Assembly: GCF_000315625.1 (NCBI RefSeq)
Contig: NW_005434628.1
Coordinates: forward strand, 269,569 to 333,568
DNA from: Guillardia theta CCMP2712
Taxonomy: Eukaryota > Protista > Cryptophyta
Length of the DNA: 64,000 bases
Direction of reading: 5' to 3'
Shown: positions 59,850 through 64,000 of the stretch, in pieces
Layout of the letters: each line of letters begins with the position of its first letter
How positions within the stretch are numbered: position 1 is the stretch's first letter
Translations under genes and position numbers: made by a program
Notes under the pieces: model-generated
Database searches by the model: none
What the model was told of the DNA's origin: nothing
What the model saw: only the letters and a program-made list of their open reading frames with translations

Positions 59850-60700
59850 ACGTTGCCTTCGTCATCCTGACGGTTTGAGTAAAGGGCCTGACGGTTGTTC
59901 TCACCTCTGTGACTACTGGCCTCTGATCCACAATCCATGAAGCTGCTCAGACCTCTCTGGCAGATATCCTCATGCCTGACCCATTCAGAGATGGCGTCAT
60001 CGCAAACATCATCACGGTCCCGCAGATCCTCGCAGATATGTCTTGCTCAGGCTCGTAAGGTCGAGGGTGTCTACGTGGACCCGAGGCTGCGCCAGCCAGG
60101 CAACCTCGTCGTGACCGCCGCCAACCATGGCGTTACCTGGACATGCTGGATAGCTGGATGTGCTTTGCGGACAGGACAGGCTGGCAGTACTTGCCACGGT
60201 GCTGGCGTTCGATCTGAAGCTGTACAGACACATCACCCACGCCCATCCGAACAAGACGTCGTGCCCTGTCTTCGACAGCAAGGTGGAGCTGTCAAGACCG
60301 AGTAATTTCCAGTCTTCAGTCTTCAACATTGTATCTTGTCTGAAGATCAAGGCAGTAGCCAACCTTCTCCATCACGGGTACTCGGTGTTATTCCTCGACG
60401 TGGACGTGCGATGGAAGCAAGACATCTGGAAGATCGTCAGGTCGTCGCCGTGCGACTACACGTTTCAGATCAACCGGCATGAATACCAAGGCGTCCCCTT
60501 CACGTACAGCGGGAGCGATGAAGGGAACACGGGGGTGTACTAAGAGAGTGACAGACGAGGCGCGGGAGGCGCTTGGTGTGCTTCTTGTGCATGCCAACTA
60601 TCTGGTGGGGAAGAGGTCGAAGGTTGAGAACCTGCAGAGCGGATTGGGTACTGGGACTGTCCGCCTGCACAGAAGCAGCATGAATGACGTAGATGTTTTT
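59850..60700 (+). pseudogene. Inverted pseudogene copy of the GT77-like gene at 61620-62705
   Basis: Apparently identical over ~60200-60542; four small frameshifting insertions; ~255-bp internal deletion after GNTGVY; heavily decayed 5' end. Confidence 0.95.
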
Positions 60701-61619
60701 ACAGCAATTCGAAACAAATTCGCATCATGTTTATGTGAGAGAGCGTTCGTTTCATTCGGTCTTCAAAATGAAGAGATGAGCGAGGGTAACTGAACTTGAA
60801 ATTCACGGGTGTGATTGATTTTTCTCCGGGTTGCGATGATTGCTTCAACTCTTTTGTTGTAGTGATTCATTCCATTGCAAGTCAGAACGCCTTTGAGGCG
60901 ATGATACCTGTCAAGATTTCTGCATCGTCAGGGTCAACGACACCGGGTAATTAGATTAGCATCAAGTTGCTCTGACTTCACCTAAGGATTGAAAAAACAA
61001 AGTTGATTAGCGATTCACTATCATCTATTGAATCGCTATGTTGATGTTTCAGGTCGTGCTAAGCTCGTTTCCTCCTCCTCCTTTCATTCTTATTTGTCGT
61101 GTTTGTGGTCATTGTCTTCACCAGCTTCTGCTCCGTCGTCTTCACAGTCATCATCACCATCATATGTCTTATTAACGTCGTTCGACGTCGTCCTCATTGT
61201 CATTTTCAGAGGTAATGCTTCAGTTCAACTTCGGTTTCATCCCCCGCGATGTCGTAATTGTCATCATCAAGTCGTCCTGGTGTTCAACTGCCTCGGCTTC
61301 ATCATGGCATTCCTGTCTGTCTCACCCAAACCTTCCTCACTACTTCTTTGAAAACTATTTGTTTATCGATTCCATCCTCCATTTCTTCCCCCCCCGCCCT
61401 CCCCCCCCCCCACCCCACTCCGGGTTGTATCAGCCATAGTTTCTGTCTTCGTCAATCTGACTTCGCATGCCAATGGAGTTTCTCAAAATTTCGCAGGCTT
61501 CAACAACTCCCATATGAGGCAAAGCAAATCAAGCAGCTTCATCTCTGCGTGAGATTGCAATGACCGTGTTGAAATCTCAATGTGCATACAGCACAATCAA
61601 GACCCGCAAAACATCTACG

Positions 61620-62705
61620 TCATTCATGCTGCTTCTGTGCAGGCGGACAGTCCCAGTACCCGATCCTCTGCAGGTTCTCAACCTTCGGCCTCTTCCCCAC
61701 CAGATAGTTGGCATGCACAAGAAGCACACCAAGCGCCTCCCGCGCCTCGTCTGTCACTCTCAGCGCCCAGCCCGAGGCTATCTGGTAGGGGTCAAACGGG
61801 CAGAAGCTGAGCTTGTCTGCCGGCAGCTTCGTCTGCCACGCTGGATGCGCTGACGACCCGTTCACTGCCTCGTGGAAGAAAACCGCCCGCTGACTCAAGA
61901 ACCGTGATCGCAGCTCGTTCCAAAACAACGTCTGATCGTCAAGCTCCAGCGGCGACAGACAAGACCCGTTGGCTACTTGCTGGAACAGGTCTCTCACCGC
62001 CCTCGTCGGCTTCGCGTAGTACACCCCCGTGTTCCCTTCATCGCTCCCGCTGTACGTGAAGGGGACGCCTTGGTATTCATGCCGGTTGATCTGAAACGTG
62101 TAGTCGCACGGCGACGACCTGACGATCTTCCAGATGTCTTGCTTCCATCGCACGTCCACGTCGAGGAATAACACCGAGTACCCGTGATGGAGAAGGTTGG
62201 CTACTGCCTTGATCTTCAGACAAGATACAATGTTGAAGACTGAAGACTGGAAATTACTCGGTCTTGACAGCTCCACCTTGCTGTCGAAGACAGGGCACGA
62301 CGTCTTGTTCGGATGGGCGTGGGTGATGTGTCTGTACAGCTTCAGATCGAACGCCAGCACCAAGTACTGCCAGCCTGTCCTGTCCGCAAAGCACATCCAG
62401 CTATCCAGCATGTCCAGGTAACCATGGTTGGCGGCGGTCACGACGAGGTTGCCTGGCTGGCGCAGCCTCGGGTCCACATAGACACCCTCGACCTTACGAG
62501 CCTGAGCAAGACATATCTGCGAGGATCTGCGGGACATGTTTGCGATGACGCCATCTCTGAATGGGTCAGGCATGAGGATGTCTAACCAGGAGACCTGACC
62601 GATAGAAGAAAAGATGACGGCTACAAGTTGCATCAAGATGATGAAGGCAACGATAGCCCATCGAAGTCTCCTTGTGGAAAACCTGGCAGGACATGGTATC
62701 GACAT
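61620..62705 (-). CDS. Intronless type II membrane nucleotide-diphospho-sugar transferase (GT77 / Nucleotid_trans-like)
   Basis: N-terminal TM WAIVAFIILMQLVAVIF; ANHGYLDMLDSW, LLHHGYSVLFLDVDVRW (DxD), NTGVYY, DDQTLFW, LVHANYLVG..KV. Confidence 0.92.
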   Translation of the reverse strand: MSIPCPARFSTRRLRWAIVAFIILMQLVAVIFSSIGQVSWLDILMPDPFRDGVIANMSRRSSQICLAQARKVEGVYVDPRLRQPGNLVVTAANHGYLDMLDSWMCFADRTGWQYLVLAFDLKLYRHITHAHPNKTSCPVFDSKVELSRPSNFQSSVFNIVSCLKIKAVANLLHHGYSVLFLDVDVRWKQDIWKIVRSSPCDYTFQINRHEYQGVPFTYSGSDEGNTGVYYAKPTRAVRDLFQQVANGSCLSPLELDDQTLFWNELRSRFLSQRAVFFHEAVNGSSAHPAWQTKLPADKLSFCPFDPYQIASGWALRVTDEAREALGVLLVHANYLVGKRPKVENLQRIGYWDCPPAQKQHE

Positions 62706-62819
62706 GGTGGGCGTTGTCTAGTGGAGGCCGCTAACGCTGTCGCATCCTGCGCTCGTACCTGTCGAGCATCGCCCGACAAAAATTTACTCTTCAGAAATGA
62801 GTGAAATCAGCAAGCACGA

Positions 62820-63400
62820 GGACCGGTCGGGCCCGGCACCCGGAAACCGACAACCGGCGCCGACTGAAAGTCAAGACTGTTTGCTAGGTTTTCATGGAGG
62901 CCTACCACCAAGCCTACCACCCCCGTATCCCCAGGGGCTGATTCTCGAAATCGCTTCTTTTCAGCCGAGATGCACTTCCTTACAACTATATTAACTACAA
63001 CCCACCGTTGCGAAATTGTCCTACGGGGTCTTGGGTGGGGTGGGGTCCACGAAAAGTCAAATCAAACGAATAGGGCGGGTAGATCTTTTACTTCAAACCC
63101 CCGACACTTGACCCTAGTACCCCACCCTTCCATCAACCCACCCCTCTGAGCCCAATGAAACACCGGCCACCTACACCACCTACGTCTTTACAACCGCCAT
63201 TGGGAAACCCTACCCTATCTCCCCATAGCAAACCCATCCCAATATACCCCACCCACTGACCTCTCGGATGTCCCCATTCCGTCCTCCTGGAGGAGGTGGG
63301 GATTAATGAGCTCAGGGGTCCTTTCGACGTTCACCCATGGGGTAGTAGATCCAGCCCTCCCCCCTCCCGACACCAAAACCCCCACGGCTGATCCAAGCCC
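62820..63400. other. Bipartite module: short CG-palindrome block (62820-62870) plus TACCCC/ACCCAC block (62900-63400)
   Basis: GACCGGTCGGGCCCGGCACCCGG, then many CTACCAC/ACCCC/GTACCCC words; upstream of the GT77 gene. Confidence 0.65.
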
Positions 63401-63775
63401 TCCCACGCTCCCCCCTCCCACGCTCCTCCTGCCCGCTCCTTCTTGCCTCCTGCGACTTGTCCTTCCTCCTACACCTAGCTCTTCTCTCCTCCCACCCAAG
63501 CCCCATACCTCCCTCTCGTTCTTCCCTTTCGACTCTCCGCGCCCTGCTTGGTGCACATTCGTAGCTGCTGCCCCCCCACACCCTCGGCACAGCGTCGTCG
63601 CCCCGGCCTTTGATCTTGTCGGCTCCTTGCTTGGCGCCTTGCTACCCTCATCTTCCCATCCCCTCATCCCTCTACAGCCACGACTCGTCTTTCTCCCTCC
63701 CGCCTCTTTCCGGAATCTCGTTCCCCCCAGGCAACAACCCCAAGCTACTCCCCCCGTGCTGTCGACCAAGACGCC

Positions 63776-64000
63776 ATGTGCCGCTGCCATCTCTCAGAGA
63801 CTAGCCCAGAGCCCGTGCTGCCCTCCCATCCCATCAAGGGAGGGCTCACCACTCCTCACTGGCATCAGTGCATGGAGCTCAGAAACAAGAGTCGCTACTT
63901 CGGCCCCGTCCGCAGGACCCCCTCGAGTTGCCGGTATCACGCCTGCAAGCGGGGCAAGGCGGTACACACGCGGCGACAGCAAGATGATACCAGCGGCCCA
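63776..64000 (+). CDS. Possible 5' end of a gene running off the right edge
   Basis: ATG followed by 75 open codons (MCRCHLSETSPEPVLPSHPIKGGL...) after a CT-rich leader; no family recognised. Confidence 0.25.
   Translation, partial: MCRCHLSETSPEPVLPSHPIKGGLTTPHWHQCMELRNKSRYFGPVRRTPSSCRYHACKRGKAVHTRRQQDDTSGP

Overview
Eukaryotic nuclear DNA that is gene-dense and intron-rich. Most introns are ~45-55 nt GT-AG with a CTGAC-type branch site; some are long and filled with CT microsatellite. The style resembles a cryptophyte alga such as Guillardia (inference only). Spliced gene models were read by hand, so boundaries are approximate. Genes from left to right: a giant RCC1-repeat protein ending in a SAM domain (runs off the left edge); the 5' part of glucose-6-phosphate isomerase, cut by a 100-N gap; a hypothetical gene; AIP1/WDR1; an intronless 1141-aa Cys-rich lectin-like surface protein; a SAM-like + GT61-like glycosyltransferase with a nearby inverted partial copy; a ~44-copy 22-bp tandem array; a SUN-domain protein; an LRR/coiled-coil protein; an EF-hand + TTLL10-like ligase; a UVR+ApaG protein; three adjacent unrelated cation-channel genes (PH/6TM/EF-hand channel, TRPM-like channel, SK/KCNN-like channel lacking the GYG filter); a TPR protein; and a GT77-like glycosyltransferase with an inverted pseudogene copy. 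The main unexplained signals are: (i) recurrent intergenic modules built from a small vocabulary (TACCCC/GGGGTA blocks beside CG-palindrome blocks), together with a young pseudogene whose four indel insertions all end in CG, suggesting a CG-adding micro-insertion process; (ii) the three-channel cluster with a non-canonical SK pore; (iii) repeated local fold-back duplication of glycosyltransferase genes.
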